A stretch of DNA of 64,000 bases from Eledone cirrhosa (lineage: Eukaryota): the NCBI GenBank assembly GCA_964016885.1, contig OZ024741.1, forward strand, positions 346,704,001 to 346,768,000, given 5' to 3'. Positions 12,532 to 27,025 of this stretch are shown here, in pieces. Each line of letters opens with the position of its first letter. The first letter of the stretch is position 1. The notes under the pieces were generated by a model. That model was given only the letters and a program-made list of their open reading frames with translations. It did not search any database and was not told the DNA's origin. The position numbers were made by a program, and so were the translations under genes.

Positions 12532-14189
12532 AAATTTTGAAAATGACTTGCCAGTCAGGTTGATTGCACCATCAAAATCTGACCTGGGTAAACTTAGCAA
12601 GAACATTCTAGACAGAGTGATACAGCAAATTAAGGACTTGAATTGTTTACCTGGATTGACCTTGTGGAAGGGAACTGGGGAGGTCATTGAGTGGTTTAAT
12701 GAAATTAAATATAACAATAATAATAAATTTATTCAACTAGATATTGCTAACTACTATTCATCCATTACCCCTAATCTACTAACTAAGGCACTAAATTATG
12801 CATTCAAGCATACAGACCTAACTAGCAATGAAATGCACATTATATTATCGGCAATGAAAACATTGATAGAATTTAATAACCAACTATGGACTAGGGCAGA
12901 TAGAGATAATAATTTCGACATTACTATGGGATCATCAGATTCAGCTCAGGTAACGGACCTTGTGGGCCTATTTATAATTAATTCGCTGCATAGGAAAATA
13001 CCCGGTGTTACCGGAGGTTTATATAGAGATGACATGCTTTTACTTATTGAAAATAATAACTCTGAACTAAATAAGAAAAGAAAACAAATTATACAATTTT
13101 TTAATTACCTTAATCTAAAAATAGAAATTGAGAATAACCATAGAATAGTCAATTTCCTAGACGTAACATTAAATCTCAACACATGTCTTCACTATCCATT
13201 TCACAAGTTAAATGAAAACTTGAATTATGTCAATTTTAGCTCCAATCACCCCAGATCTGTCAAAAATACTATAGTGAACTCTGTTCAAAAACGTATCTCT
13301 AGAATCTCTTCCAATAAAAATATTTTTGACGAAAAAGCCCAGTATTATAATGAAGCGTTAGCTAGAGCAGGATATAGTGATAAAATTATGTACATCGATA
13401 ATAGACAAACTAACCAAAATAACAACAATTTTAATTACAGTAACAACTTTAACAACTATAATAGAAAGCACTACAATAATTCCAAAAACTAGAAAAGAAA
13501 TAGAACTAGAAATATAATATGGTTTGCCCCCCCTTTCTCACTAAACATTAAAACCCACATCGCTAAACTATTTTTTAATGCTCTTGACAAACGCTTCCCT
13601 AGAACACATAAGTATCACTCAATTTTCAATAGACATACTATAAAATTAACGTACTCGTCCACCAAAAATTTAGCACAAAATATTAATAGAATAAATAATA
13701 GGAATCTAAAACCTAGCCAAAATACCGAAAATAGCCTAAACAATATTCAAGTAAAAAACTGTAACTGTAGAGATAGATCTAAATGTCCGCTAAATAACAA
13801 TTGCTTAGTTAAAAATATAATATACAACTGTAATGTTAAAACTGATTTAAATTCTTTTAATTATGTTGGTTCCACCTCGACAGAATTTAAACTTCACTAT
13901 AATAATCACAAAAATTCTTTCACGGATCCAAATAAAAAAATCTTCAACATCGCTGTCAGGCTTACTCTGGCAACTTAAACATGATAAAGTTGGATATTCG
14001 ATGGTTTGGAATATAGTCTCAAAAGGGATTCCTTTTAATTCCTCTTCTGAGACATGTGACCTCTGCGCGGAGGAGATATTCTTTATACTAAAATCTAAAA
14101 ATTCCCTTAATTTACGAACCAATTTATTCAGCTGCTGCAGACATAGATTGAACTCAACTTTTAAATATAAATATAAATTTAAAATGTAG
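12532..14189 (+). pseudogene. 5'-truncated PLE B RT-GIY-YIG ORF
   Basis: Same protein as the left arm; TAG at 13490-13492 and an extra A in the run at 13934-13940. Confidence 0.9.
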
Positions 14190-15425
14190 TATAAAATGTA
14201 GTATATTTACTTAAGATATTTAACTATTTATGAAACTTGGCGATAAATCTTTCGATTCCTTCAATTTTTTTAAAAACCTTTCTGCATGAATATATAATTA
14301 ATGAGATTAAATAAACTACCCTAAAATTGGCGATGTTCCCAATCTTTTGAATAAATGTTTAAGCTGGATAAACTTCTATAATAAATATAAGAGCATTTGT
14401 AGAATAAGTTTTGAATGATTTCTGCTAAATAAGGCTTGGTGAACAATTTTGGTTTTGTTTGCTTTTGATTCTGATTTTATGTGACTGATATGCGTGGCAT
14501 ACTATGTTCTCTTGCGTCCCTAGATACTCTGTGGAGTGACGAAGATATTCTTGGCGTTTTTAATTTTTAATATTGATATCTGTTGTCTATTCTATGCTTG
14601 ATCGATAATCATGCAAGTGAGGCAGGAATGTTACTTTAAATGTTAATGTATATCTTATATATTTTATGTATATATAAATGTATATATGTATGTAAATATA
14701 TGTAGGGTGGAATCTTTTGTAACGCAATGAAGATTTTCATGAAATATAAGAATCTGTGGAGCATATCACGTAAGTTCACATGTGTGTCTATAATTATCAA
14801 CTTGAATTTGAGATAACCTTCTCCTTTCTCTTTTTTCTTTTTTCATGAGAATGCATATATACTTATGTTTGAAGTTTTGTCTCAGATTTTGCTTGTAGAC
14901 CTAAGAATTTTTAAACTAAGCATGGGGTCATTTTTTCACACATTATGGATATGTGTCTCATTCATGAATACTGATATTTACATTATAATACCTAATTCAT
15001 AAAAATTGATAATTCAAATGGATGAGACATAATATATTTTTAATATATTTTAAATATATCATCTTTCTTTCTTTTTTTCTTCTACACTGGACGTGATTTA
15101 TGTGTCGGCTAGTTTAACTGTATCCCTTCCCTCCTTAACCTCTCACATATACGATGATCATATGTCCAAAAGCTGCCTACTATATTTTTTCACTTCCTCA
15201 ATGTATTTCTCTCTCCCATATCTCCTTCTCTCTCTATCTCGCTCTGTTGTTTTTCTTTACATACATCTCTTCATCTTCTTCTTTTTTATTTACATACATC
15301 TCTTCATCTTCGTTTTTCTTTCTATATAACTGTCATAACAGTTTCACTACCAAATCAACTTTTTAAATGGAAGTTGCATTATTATAAGGTATGTCAAAAT
15401 TATTTATAAAACAGCTTATGTATTG

Positions 15426-15491
15426 TATTTTGTCTGAGGAAGGCATACCATATTTTTAATATGATATCCCAGAAATATATATAACGAAATA
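15426..15491 (+). ncRNA. Type I hammerhead ribozyme, family B pLTR
   Basis: tattttgt CTGAGGA aggcata...tatccca GAAA tatata TA acgaaata; copies at 8953-9018 (-), 23751-23816 (+, CTGATGA), 29513-29578 (-, CTGAAGA) and 54209-54274 (-). Confidence 0.8.
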
Positions 15492-15619
15492 AATATGGTT
15501 TTATAAATATAGTTTCCATTTGTTTAATATCGTAAACCTACTCCAGAAACTGTTGAGTGCTTTTATATCAGTTATAAAATATTTACTCGTTGTAACCCAA
15601 CAATTTTAAATAAAACTTT

Positions 15620-16852
<1,233 letters not shown>

Positions 16853-16863
16853 ATATATATATA

Positions 16864-17805
16864 TACGATAACGCCCTTAGTAAAGCAGGCTACCTCAACA
16901 AAATAGAGTACATAGATGGGAACAATCAAAACACCCAAAATAAATCCCACATAGGTAGATATAATAACACAACACCAAACCACACTTACTACCATAGTAT
17001 GCACACCAGTAAACCAACAAACAAAACTAATAGAAAGCGATGCAAAGAGTACTTATGGTATAACCCCGAATACAATAGCTCCATTAGTACAAATTTACCA
17101 GTACTCTTCTTTAAAATAATTAAAAGACATTTTCCCACATCACACAAATACCACAACATCCTAAACCCTACCACTATAAGACTGTCATACTCTACAGCGT
17201 TAAACCTTGAACAACACATAAAAAAGATCAATACTAGAAGGTTAAACGAAAACACTAAGAACTTAAGTACAAAGAACCCCAAAAAAACAGTAGACAATAC
17301 ACTACAGAACATAAATAAACCACACCTAAGTTCGTCCGCAATACTACTCCAGAGAAAACCCAACGTACACAACTGTAACTGCACCTATCCTGACAACTGC
17401 CCCCTCGGCAATAACTGCCTGGAAAAAAATATTATTTATAAGTGTACCATTAAATCCGGAGGCAATGAGTGGTATTACGTGGGATCAACGGCAACATCGT
17501 TTAAATCTCGATTGTATAGGCATTCTTACTCAATAAAACACCAGAGCCAAAGAAATGTAACAACTTTAGCAGAGAAAGCTTGGACGCTCAGGGATAGCAA
17601 TCAAAAGTTTACCCTAAAATGGGAAAAATTAGCTAAAACCCAAAGCTTTTCCAGGAGCCAAAATTTCTGCAAATTGTGTAATCTTGAGATTTATTACATA
17701 ATCACACACAAGAAGAAACTGCTGAATAACAGAATTGAACGAACATTATTCTGCCGTCACAGAACTAAAACCCTTTTTTCCCACTACAAGCCGAATATTA
17801 CATAA
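16864..17805 (+). pseudogene. Upstream 5'-truncated copy of the PLE C ORF (linker + GIY-YIG)
   Basis: YDNALSKAGY...CNCTYPDNCPL...NIIYKC...YYVGST...CKLC...CRH in one frame. Confidence 0.88.
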
Positions 17806-18074
17806 AAGAGGGACATCCCCCAACTATATAAACCTTAATCTAGTTAGAAAAATATAAAAACAATCTCTTCTCAACATATATTAATAACCTTAAATTACCA
17901 TACTAATAATGAAAAGATATGCTGATGAGAATAGGTACAAATATGCGATAATGAATGTGTCTAAAAACGTCCATAAGTATGTATATATATGTGAAAATGT
18001 ATATAAATAAGTAAATATATATATATGTTTGATGTGTATAGTTAGATGTAAGTGTATTCATGTATTAAAGTGCT

Positions 18075-18111
<37 letters not shown>

Positions 18112-18134
18112 ATATGTGTGTATATGTGTATGTG

Positions 18135-18165
<31 letters not shown>

Positions 18166-18755
18166 GTATGTGTATATATGTATATATATATGTGTATGTA
18201 TGTATGTGTATATGGATGTGTATGTATGTGTATGTGTGTACACATGGACTAGAGTATGTATGTATATATGTGTGTGTCTATACGTGTGTATATATAAAGA
18301 TAAGTTGAGTATGAAAATGTATACACATGAGCGCGTATGTATGTACATGAATACATGTGTGTATATATATGTGTATGCATGTGTATATATATGTAAGTAT
18401 GAATATGTGAATTGTGAGTATATGTATTTTGTAGAGGTGTGCACATATATTAGTGTGTGAATGCGTGGGTGAAAGAATACGTACACTTGAAAGAAAAATT
18501 TAAGTCTGAATGTTAAGTGCAAACACAAAACCAACCACGCATATCTTTACTATCTCTAATCCTTCTATAGATTTAGAAAAATAACCAATAATATATTCTA
18601 TAAAAAATGTCAAAACAACAGATGGGAATCTAATTACTCACTGCCACCAAGAATTCTCACTGCTATCGAAAAACCACTCCTTCAACTATTCTTCTAACAA
18701 CTTCACCCCTTCCTCCTAATATTCTCTATAAAAACTAAATAGGTCCTCAGTAATA

Positions 18756-18872
18756 TTATTCTGATGAAATGACAGTAAATAATAACATTGAAATATTGAA
18801 TGTCTGCATAACTAAAAGTTTGTAGATAGCTGTTTTAGGTTATGTAACTGTTATAGAAACACGTGTCAATAA
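18756..18872 (+). ncRNA. Type I hammerhead ribozyme with long stem II insertion, family C
   Basis: ttatt CTGATGA aatgacagt...actgttata GAAA cacgtg TC aataa; identical copy at 22350-22466. Confidence 0.8.
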
Positions 18873-19076
18873 ATTCCTTTCAACTAAACTGTATCCATTC
18901 AAATCTTTCTATTTTTCTCCGGATTACTTTTGGAACTACAACTGGAACCGTCGAGCAAACTCTACGTGAGCTGATAATCTACTGTGTGTAATATTTATAT
19001 TACAACACAACGGAAAATACTGTATATTTACCTCCTGTAAAGTCGAGCAACCCACACAGCAAACGCAACCACAACA

Positions 19077-21399
19077 ATGGAAAAACACTACCTGGATATG
19101 TCACTCAAAAACATACCAACCCAAGGTAGAAGGGAATATTTATTGAGCATGATTCAAAAAACTAATGAATTCATTCGACGTGTCAGGTGGAAAACGCTCC
19201 ACTATGATAGAAGCCGTATGAACTCAACATTAGAAAGTGGTGTAAACAAAAAATTTGGTTTTAGGACTTGTAAAAACCCACCCACCAACCCACTATTAAA
19301 TGCATTTGAGCAGGACCTTATGAACTTAATCCTTAAAATTAAATTCAAAGGACGCAACACCAACAGCAAATTACAGAAGGATATAAAAAAACTACTGGAC
19401 GACCTTAAAAACACCAAAGGAATTGTAGTAAAAGCGGACAAAACATCAAACCTGTACACTATGGATTGCACTACATACAACAACTTCATTCGAAAAGAAT
19501 TACATAAAAAATATAGAAAAACGAGTGAAGTAACCCTTAAGCACATCAATGATGAGGCATGCGAAATAGTGAAAAATCTCGGAATCGAAGATAGGACAGG
19601 ACCACTCTTACCGGCGGTACCCACTTTCAATCTTAAGGACCACAAGGTAAACTTTGATAATGACCCTAAAATTAGATTAATCTGCCCCTCTAAATCAGAT
19701 ATAGGTAAAATAAGCAAATATATCTTAGATAGAATCATCCCCCAAATTAAGGCTAAGGTTAACATTAAACTCTGGGGGAAGACCCAAGAAGCAATAAGAT
19801 GGTTTAATAGCATTAGCAATAAGAATAAATCTAAGTTTATCCAGTTTGATATCGATGAATATTACTCATCGATATCACCTGAAACTTTGAATAGAGCCAT
19901 TAAGTTTGCTAAGGATAACTCCGACCTTACAAACGATGAAATTAAGATTATATTAGAAGCTAGGAAAACTATAGTCAAATTTGAGAACAGTTATTGGGTA
20001 CGTAAAGATAGACCCTCTAACTTTGACATAACAATGGGCTCTAACGATTCGGCGGAAATAACTGATATTGTAGGGTTATTTATCGCCTTTAGACTCCAGG
20101 AAAAATTCAGCAATCTCCACGGCGGAATATACCGCGACGATGTTCTCCTCCTAGCTAAAAACCTTAATAACCAAAAACTAGAAAAACTACGCAAAGATAT
20201 AAGAAAACTACTACTCGAAATAGGACTAACTATAACATATGAATACAACCTTAAAGTAGTTAACTTCCTGGATGTCACACTCAATTTAAACTCTGGTTTG
20301 ATTAAACCATTTCATAAATTGAATGAAAATCTCAAATACGTAAATGTTGGGTCTAACCACCCCATCTCTATAATTAAATCTATCCCTAAAAATATTTCCA
20401 TTAGAATCTCGGGTCTATCTTCTAACATACAAGTATTTAAGGAACACGCCGAGTACTACGATAACGCCCTTAGTAAAGCAGGCTACCTCAACAAAATAGA
20501 GTACATAGATGGGAACAATCAAAACACCCAAAATAAATCCCACATAGTTAGATATAATAACACAACACCAAACCACACTTACTACCATAGTATGCACACC
20601 AGTAAACCAACAAACAAAACTAATAGAAAGCGATGCAAAGAGTACTTATGGTATAACCCCGAATACAATAGCTCCATTAGTACAAATTTACCAGTACTCT
20701 TCTTTAAAATAATTAAAAGACATTTTCCCACATCACACAAATACCACAACATCCTAAACCCTACCACTATAAGACTGTCATACTCTACAGCGTTAAACCT
20801 TGAACAACACATAAAAAAGATCAATACTAGAAGGTTAAACGAAAACACTAAGAACTTAAGTACAAAGAACCCCCAAAAAACAGTAGACAATACACTACAG
20901 AACATAAATAAACCACACCTAAGTTCGTCCGCAATACTACTCCAGAGAAAACCCAACGTACACAACTGTAACTGCACCTATCCTGACAACTGCCCCCTCG
21001 GCAATAACTGCCTGGAAAAAAAATATTATTTATAAGTGTACCATTAAATCCGGAGGCAATGAGTGGTATTACGTGGGATCAACGGCAACATCGTTTAAAT
21101 CTCGATTGTATAGGCATTCTTACTCAATAAAACACCAGAGCCAAAGAAATGTAACAACTTTAGCAGAGAAAGCTTGGACGCTCAGGGATAGCAATCAAAA
21201 GTTTACCCTAAAATGGGAAAAATTAGCTAAAACCCAAAGCTTTTCCAGGAGCCAAAATTTCTGCAAATTGTGTAATCTTGAGATTTATTACATAATCACA
21301 CACAAGAAGAAACTGCTGAATAACAGAATTGAACGAACATTATTCTGCCGTCACAGAACTAAAACCCTTTTTTCCCACTACAAGCCGAATATTACATAA
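19077..21399 (+). CDS. PLE C RT + GIY-YIG polyprotein (~773 aa), single +1 frameshift in the A8 run at about 21016-21023
   Basis: 652-aa ORF with SLKNIP, ADKT, QFDI, MGSNDS, YRDD and NFLDV; continues into the endonuclease frame ending at 21399; the upstream copy has A7 and is in frame. Confidence 0.88.
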
Positions 21400-21668
21400 A
21401 AGAGGGACATCCCCCAACTATATAAACCTTAATCTAGTTAGAAAAATATAAAAACAATCTCTTCTCAACATATATTAATAACCTTAAATTACCATACTAA
21501 TAATGAAAAGATATGCTGATGAGAATAGGTACAAATATGCGATAATGAATGTGTCTAAAAACGTCCATAAGTATGTATATATATGTGAAAATGTATATAA
21601 ATAAGTAAATATATATATATGTTTGATGTGTATAGTTAGATGTAAGTGTATTCATGTATTAAAGTGCT

Positions 21669-21705
<37 letters not shown>

Positions 21706-21728
21706 ATATGTGTGTATATGTGTATGTG

Positions 21729-21759
<31 letters not shown>

Positions 21760-22504
21760 GTATGTGTATATATGTATATATATATGTGTATGTATGTATG
21801 TGTATATGGATGTGTATGTATGTGTATGTGTGTACACATGGACTAGAGTATGTATGTATATATGTGTGTGTCTATACGTGTGTATATATAAAGATAAGTT
21901 GAGTATGAAAATGTATACACATGAGCGCGTATGTATGTACATGAATACATGTGTGTATATATATGTGTATGCATGTGTATATATATGTAAGTATGAATAT
22001 GTGAATTGTGAGTATATGTATTTTGTAGAGGTGTGCACATATATTTGTGTGTGAATGCGTGGGTGAAAGAATACGTACACTTGAAAGAAAAATTTAAGTC
22101 TGAATGTTAAGTGCAAACACAAAACCAACCACGCATATCTTTACTATCTCTAATCCTTCTATAGATTTAGAAAAATAACCAATAATATATTCTATAAAAA
22201 ATGTCAAAACAACAGATGGGAATCTAATTACTCACTGCCACCAAGAATTCTCACTGCTATCGAAAAACCACTCCTTCAACTATTCTTCTAACAACTTCAC
22301 CCCTTCCTCCTAATATTCTCTATAAAAACTAAATAGGTCCTCAGTAATATTATTCTGATGAAATGACAGTAAATAATAACATTGAAATATTGAATGTCTG
22401 CATAACTAAAAGTTTGTAGATAGCTGTTTTAGGTTATGTAACTGTTATAGAAACACGTGTCAATAAATTCCTTTCAACTAAACTGTATCCATTCAAATCT
22501 TTCT

Positions 22505-22695
22505 ATATATATATATATATGCGTATATGTATATATGTATATATATTTGTATATGTATGTATGTATGTATGTATGTGTGTGTGTATGTGTGTATGTATGT
22601 GTGTGTGTGTGTATATGTATATATGTGTATATATATTGTGTGTGTGTGTATGTATATATATATGTGTATATGTATATATATATATATATGTGTAG

Positions 22696-22759
<64 letters not shown>

Positions 22760-23856
22760 AAAGTTATATTTAAATTGTTGGGTTAACAACGAGTAAATAT
22801 TTATAACTGATATAAAAGCACTCAACAAGTATTTGGAGTATATTTATGATATTAAATAAATGGAAACTATATTTATAAAACCATATTTATTTCATTATAT
22901 ATATTTCAGGGATATCATATTAACAATATGTTATGCCTTTATTTTTATTTTTATTTTTATTTTTATTTTTATTTTTATTTGTATTAATATATTGAAATCT
23001 GTTCTCTATATCTGCTTGATCGACAATCATGTTGAGTAAAGACAAGAATAGTATTGTTAAAATTAATATAGACTCTATATATATGTGTATATATACACAC
23101 ATATATGTATACTTGAATTTGGAGTTTGTTTATAATTATGATATAAACATATGAATTTTTAGAAACTAGACATAAGATCATTACTTTTCACACATTATAG
23201 ATACATGTCTCATTCATGAATACTGATATTTACATTATAATGCCTGTTTTATACGAACTAATATTTTCTACATGATGAAACATAGCGTTTTTTAAATTCT
23301 GCCTCGTTTATGTCTGGTTATTTTTCATTTTCTCTTTTTCATTTTCTCTGTTTTCTCTCTATATAACGGCTATTCTCTCTCTTAACTACATACATCTCTC
23401 TTTACATTAATACTAGAGCTAAATAAATAAATAAATAAATAAATAAATGTATCAACTGATACTCAACTACCTAGTTTCTCTATCTATCTCTATCTATCTC
23501 TTTCTTTTTTTCCTCTCTCTATATATCTCTCTCTGTTCCTTTACATGAAGTTCTTCTCTTTATCTATCTTTATATATCTCTCTTTTTAGTCACATGCATT
23601 TCTTATTTTTCTTCGTTTTTCTTTCTTTTTTTCTTTCTCTCTTTCTTTTTACAACTGTCCACAATATTTTTTACTGCCAAATCAACTTCCCAAATGCAAG
23701 TCGATTGAAAGGTATGTCATATCTATTTATTTATAAGACTGTTTATATTGTATTTTGTCTGATGAAGGCATAACATATTGTTAATATGATATCCCTGAAA
23801 TATATATAATGAAATAAATATGGTTTTATAAATATAGTTTCCATTTATTTAATATC

Positions 23857-23860
<4 letters not shown>
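22505..23860. mobile_element. Older family B-related 3' UTR/pLTR remnants
   Basis: Diverged match to 14560-15620; HHR at 23751-23816. Confidence 0.7.
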
Positions 23861-23884
<24 letters not shown>

Positions 23885-23889
<5 letters not shown>

Positions 23890-24089
23890 GTGCTTTTTCC
23901 TTATATATGTGTATATGTGTGTGTGTGTGTGTATATATATATGTATGTGTATGTGTGTGTGAGTGTGTATGTATATGTATATATTTGTTTATGTATATAT
24001 ATATTTATATATATATATATATATGTGTGTGTGTTTATGTGTATGTGTGTGTATATGTATATATATATATATGTGTGTGTATATGTATG

Positions 24090-24133
<44 letters not shown>

Positions 24134-24828
24134 ATATATATATATGTATGTGTATATGTGTGTGTGTTTTTATGTGTGTATATGTGTATGTGTATGTGTG
24201 TTTATGGTTGCGCGCGAGTGTGTGAGTGAGTGTGTTTTTTTGTGAATGTGTCTGTTGATTTTTGGCATATAGTTGATTAGTTTAAGAGAAGTTCGAAGAT
24301 AATTGTAAGATATGCACTCAGTATTTTGAATCTGTCTACAGAATTCTCTAAACCTTTGTCACTTATTAGAACCTTAATGAATTTACCTTTTAATGAATCT
24401 CCCTTTCCTTTAATTCTATCTACCATGACTGAACCCCCACTGATCTTATAGACATCTGTTAGCTTAAGAGAAACTTAATGACAAGGAATGGTATGCCATC
24501 CGGAACCTGTTTATAGAATTCTGTCTGCCTTTGTCACTAAAATCAAAAATTAATAAAAATAAACTACAGCTTTGTAGAATTAGCTTTTAATGAATTCCTT
24601 TTCTATCAACCAATGACCTACACCCATCCCACTCCCCACCCTCTCCTACCACTTGTAGAGACCTATAAATACCATATTTATTTTTTGATACCCAGATTCC
24701 TGATGATTTCTAAAGAATGAAACAGTTCTAGTCCTGTAGAATCTCATCTATATTAAAACTTTTATACTCTGCAATGTATTGAGTACCTTACTTACTGTGG
24801 TTACCTCCGATTCAACCCGGAATAACGT
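23885..24828 (+). mobile_element. Family E 3' UTR/pLTR with HHR at 24694-24744
   Basis: Inverted copy of 6611-7450 plus an extra tail of about 70 nt before (TA)n. Confidence 0.8.
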
Positions 24829-24940
24829 ATATATAATATATATATATAATATATATAATATATATATATAATATATAATATATATATATAATATATATAT
24901 ATATATAATATATAATATATATATATATATATAATATATA

Positions 24941-24991
<51 letters not shown>

Positions 24992-25036
24992 AACACATGT
25001 ATATATCTATATGTATATATATATGTAAAATTTAAA

Positions 25037-25382
25037 AAAGGACGAGTGGTTACTCCTTCATTACGTCTATAGGTTGTTGATGCGCGTTACGCCATCGATC
25101 AGCTCAAGGTTCGATCTGTGATGATTGGTCTTTACCACCAAAAGCGTCTGACGAGCCGTTGATTACGGAGTCGGGCTAGATCGATACAGATCGAACCTTG
25201 AACTGATCGGTGGCGAAACGCGCTTTACCAACCAATAAACGTAATGAAGGAGTAACCGCTCGCCTTTGTGATATTTTATTATACACCACTGTGTCTAGCT
25301 CTGCACCTCGATACAGACGTGGACTTAGACATAGAGTGCTCACCCGAGTGAACCTACAGTAACTACGCGTTACATTCCCTGG

Positions 25383-25385
<3 letters not shown>
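25037..25385 (+). mobile_element. Family F pLTR fold-back with HHR (25145-25229)
   Basis: Imperfect palindrome 25037-25266; CTGACGA gccgttgat...atcggtggc GAAA cgcgct TT acc; second family member at 35757-36147; stem I is weak. Confidence 0.6.
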
Positions 25386-25420
<35 letters not shown>

Positions 25421-25424
25421 TCAA

Positions 25425-25514
<90 letters not shown>

Positions 25515-25518
25515 TCAA

Positions 25519-25556
<38 letters not shown>

Positions 25557-25589
25557 TCAAATATGTATATATATATATATATACATATT

Positions 25590-26478
25590 CAATGGAATAG
25601 AATGAAACGAAATTTCATTTCTTACTCTTAGTACGGCACTTACTTAAATTTTTCTATGTATGTATACGTACATACATATATGTATACAGACGTACAGTAG
25701 TATGTATATATATACATACATGCACACACATATATATGCACGTATCGGCTTTTGTTCAAGACTGACACAGGAACGATGTACTAGTTTCAAGCTTATTAGC
25801 TATCGTCAGCATCGTATACCTTCCTGCCAGATGGTTGAACGTCTGAAAGTATATACTTTCCTTCTGCATATTAACGGCTGAGCAGCCTAATTTGGATATC
25901 GAGTGAGTTCAGTCGGCCGGGCGCACCGAAAACGATAAATGGAATAGAATGAAACGAAATTTCATTTCACATTCTTAGTACGGCACTTACTTAAATGTAA
26001 GTATTCATGTGTGTATACGTACATACATATATGTATACAGACGTAGAGTAGTATGTATATATATACATACATGCACACATATATATATGCACGAATCGGT
26101 TTACCGAACATTTATTATAATGCTCGGTTTTTAAGAAACACACAGCCCGAATTACGCCATACAGTGTTTAGGCAACCACGTCACCTTTTTATTCAACACT
26201 GACACAGGAACGATGTACTAGTTTCAAGCGTATTAGCTATCGTCAGCATCGTATACCTTCCTGCCAGATGGTTGAACGTCTGAAAGTATATACTTTCCTT
26301 ATGCATATTGACGGCTGAGCAGGCTAATTTGTATATCGAGTGAGTTCAGAATTATAATAAATGTTCGGTAAACCGATACGTGCATATATACATGTGTGCA
26401 TGTATGTATATATATACATGCTACTGTACGTCTGTATACATATATGTATGTACGTATACATACATACATACTTACATA
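25590..26478 (-). mobile_element. Family D tandem HHR element, second locus
   Basis: Two units, two HHRs and an inverted end at about 26352-26478. Confidence 0.78.
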
Positions 26479-26558
26479 TTCATATTCAAATATATGTAAA
26501 TATATATATATATATTCAAATATATCTTTGTTTAAACTTAAATCTGTATATATATATG

Positions 26559-26592
<34 letters not shown>

Positions 26593-26726
26593 TATATATG
26601 TATATATATATATATATACATATATATGTATATATATATATATACATATATATGTATATATATATATATACATATATATGTATATATATATATATACATA
26701 TATATGTATATATATATATATACATA

Positions 26727-26826
<100 letters not shown>

Positions 26827-26845
26827 TATACATATTCAAATATAA

Positions 26846-26884
<39 letters not shown>

Positions 26885-26893
26885 CATATTCAA

Positions 26894-26980
<87 letters not shown>

Positions 26981-26986
26981 CATATT

Positions 26987-27020
<34 letters not shown>

Positions 27021-27025
<5 letters not shown>

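Larger units (their letters stand above)
8821..15623. mobile_element. PLE family B (Hydra-clade-like) as a tail-out palindrome: arms 8821-11911 and 12532-15623
   Basis: The two arms of about 3.09 kb are near-identical reverse complements; both end in ...aaaacttttgca followed by (TA)n. Confidence 0.92.
16864..22506 (+). mobile_element. PLE family C (Hydra-clade-like), partial tandem: 16864-18912 repeated at 20457-22506
   Basis: A direct repeat of about 2.05 kb (offset 3593/3594) flanks the ORF start; (TA)n at both ends. Confidence 0.93.

Noticed and set aside
19202-20977. Antisense ORFs within PLE C (also 57773-58193 and 3058-3445)
   Set aside because: Shadows of the real RT reading frames.
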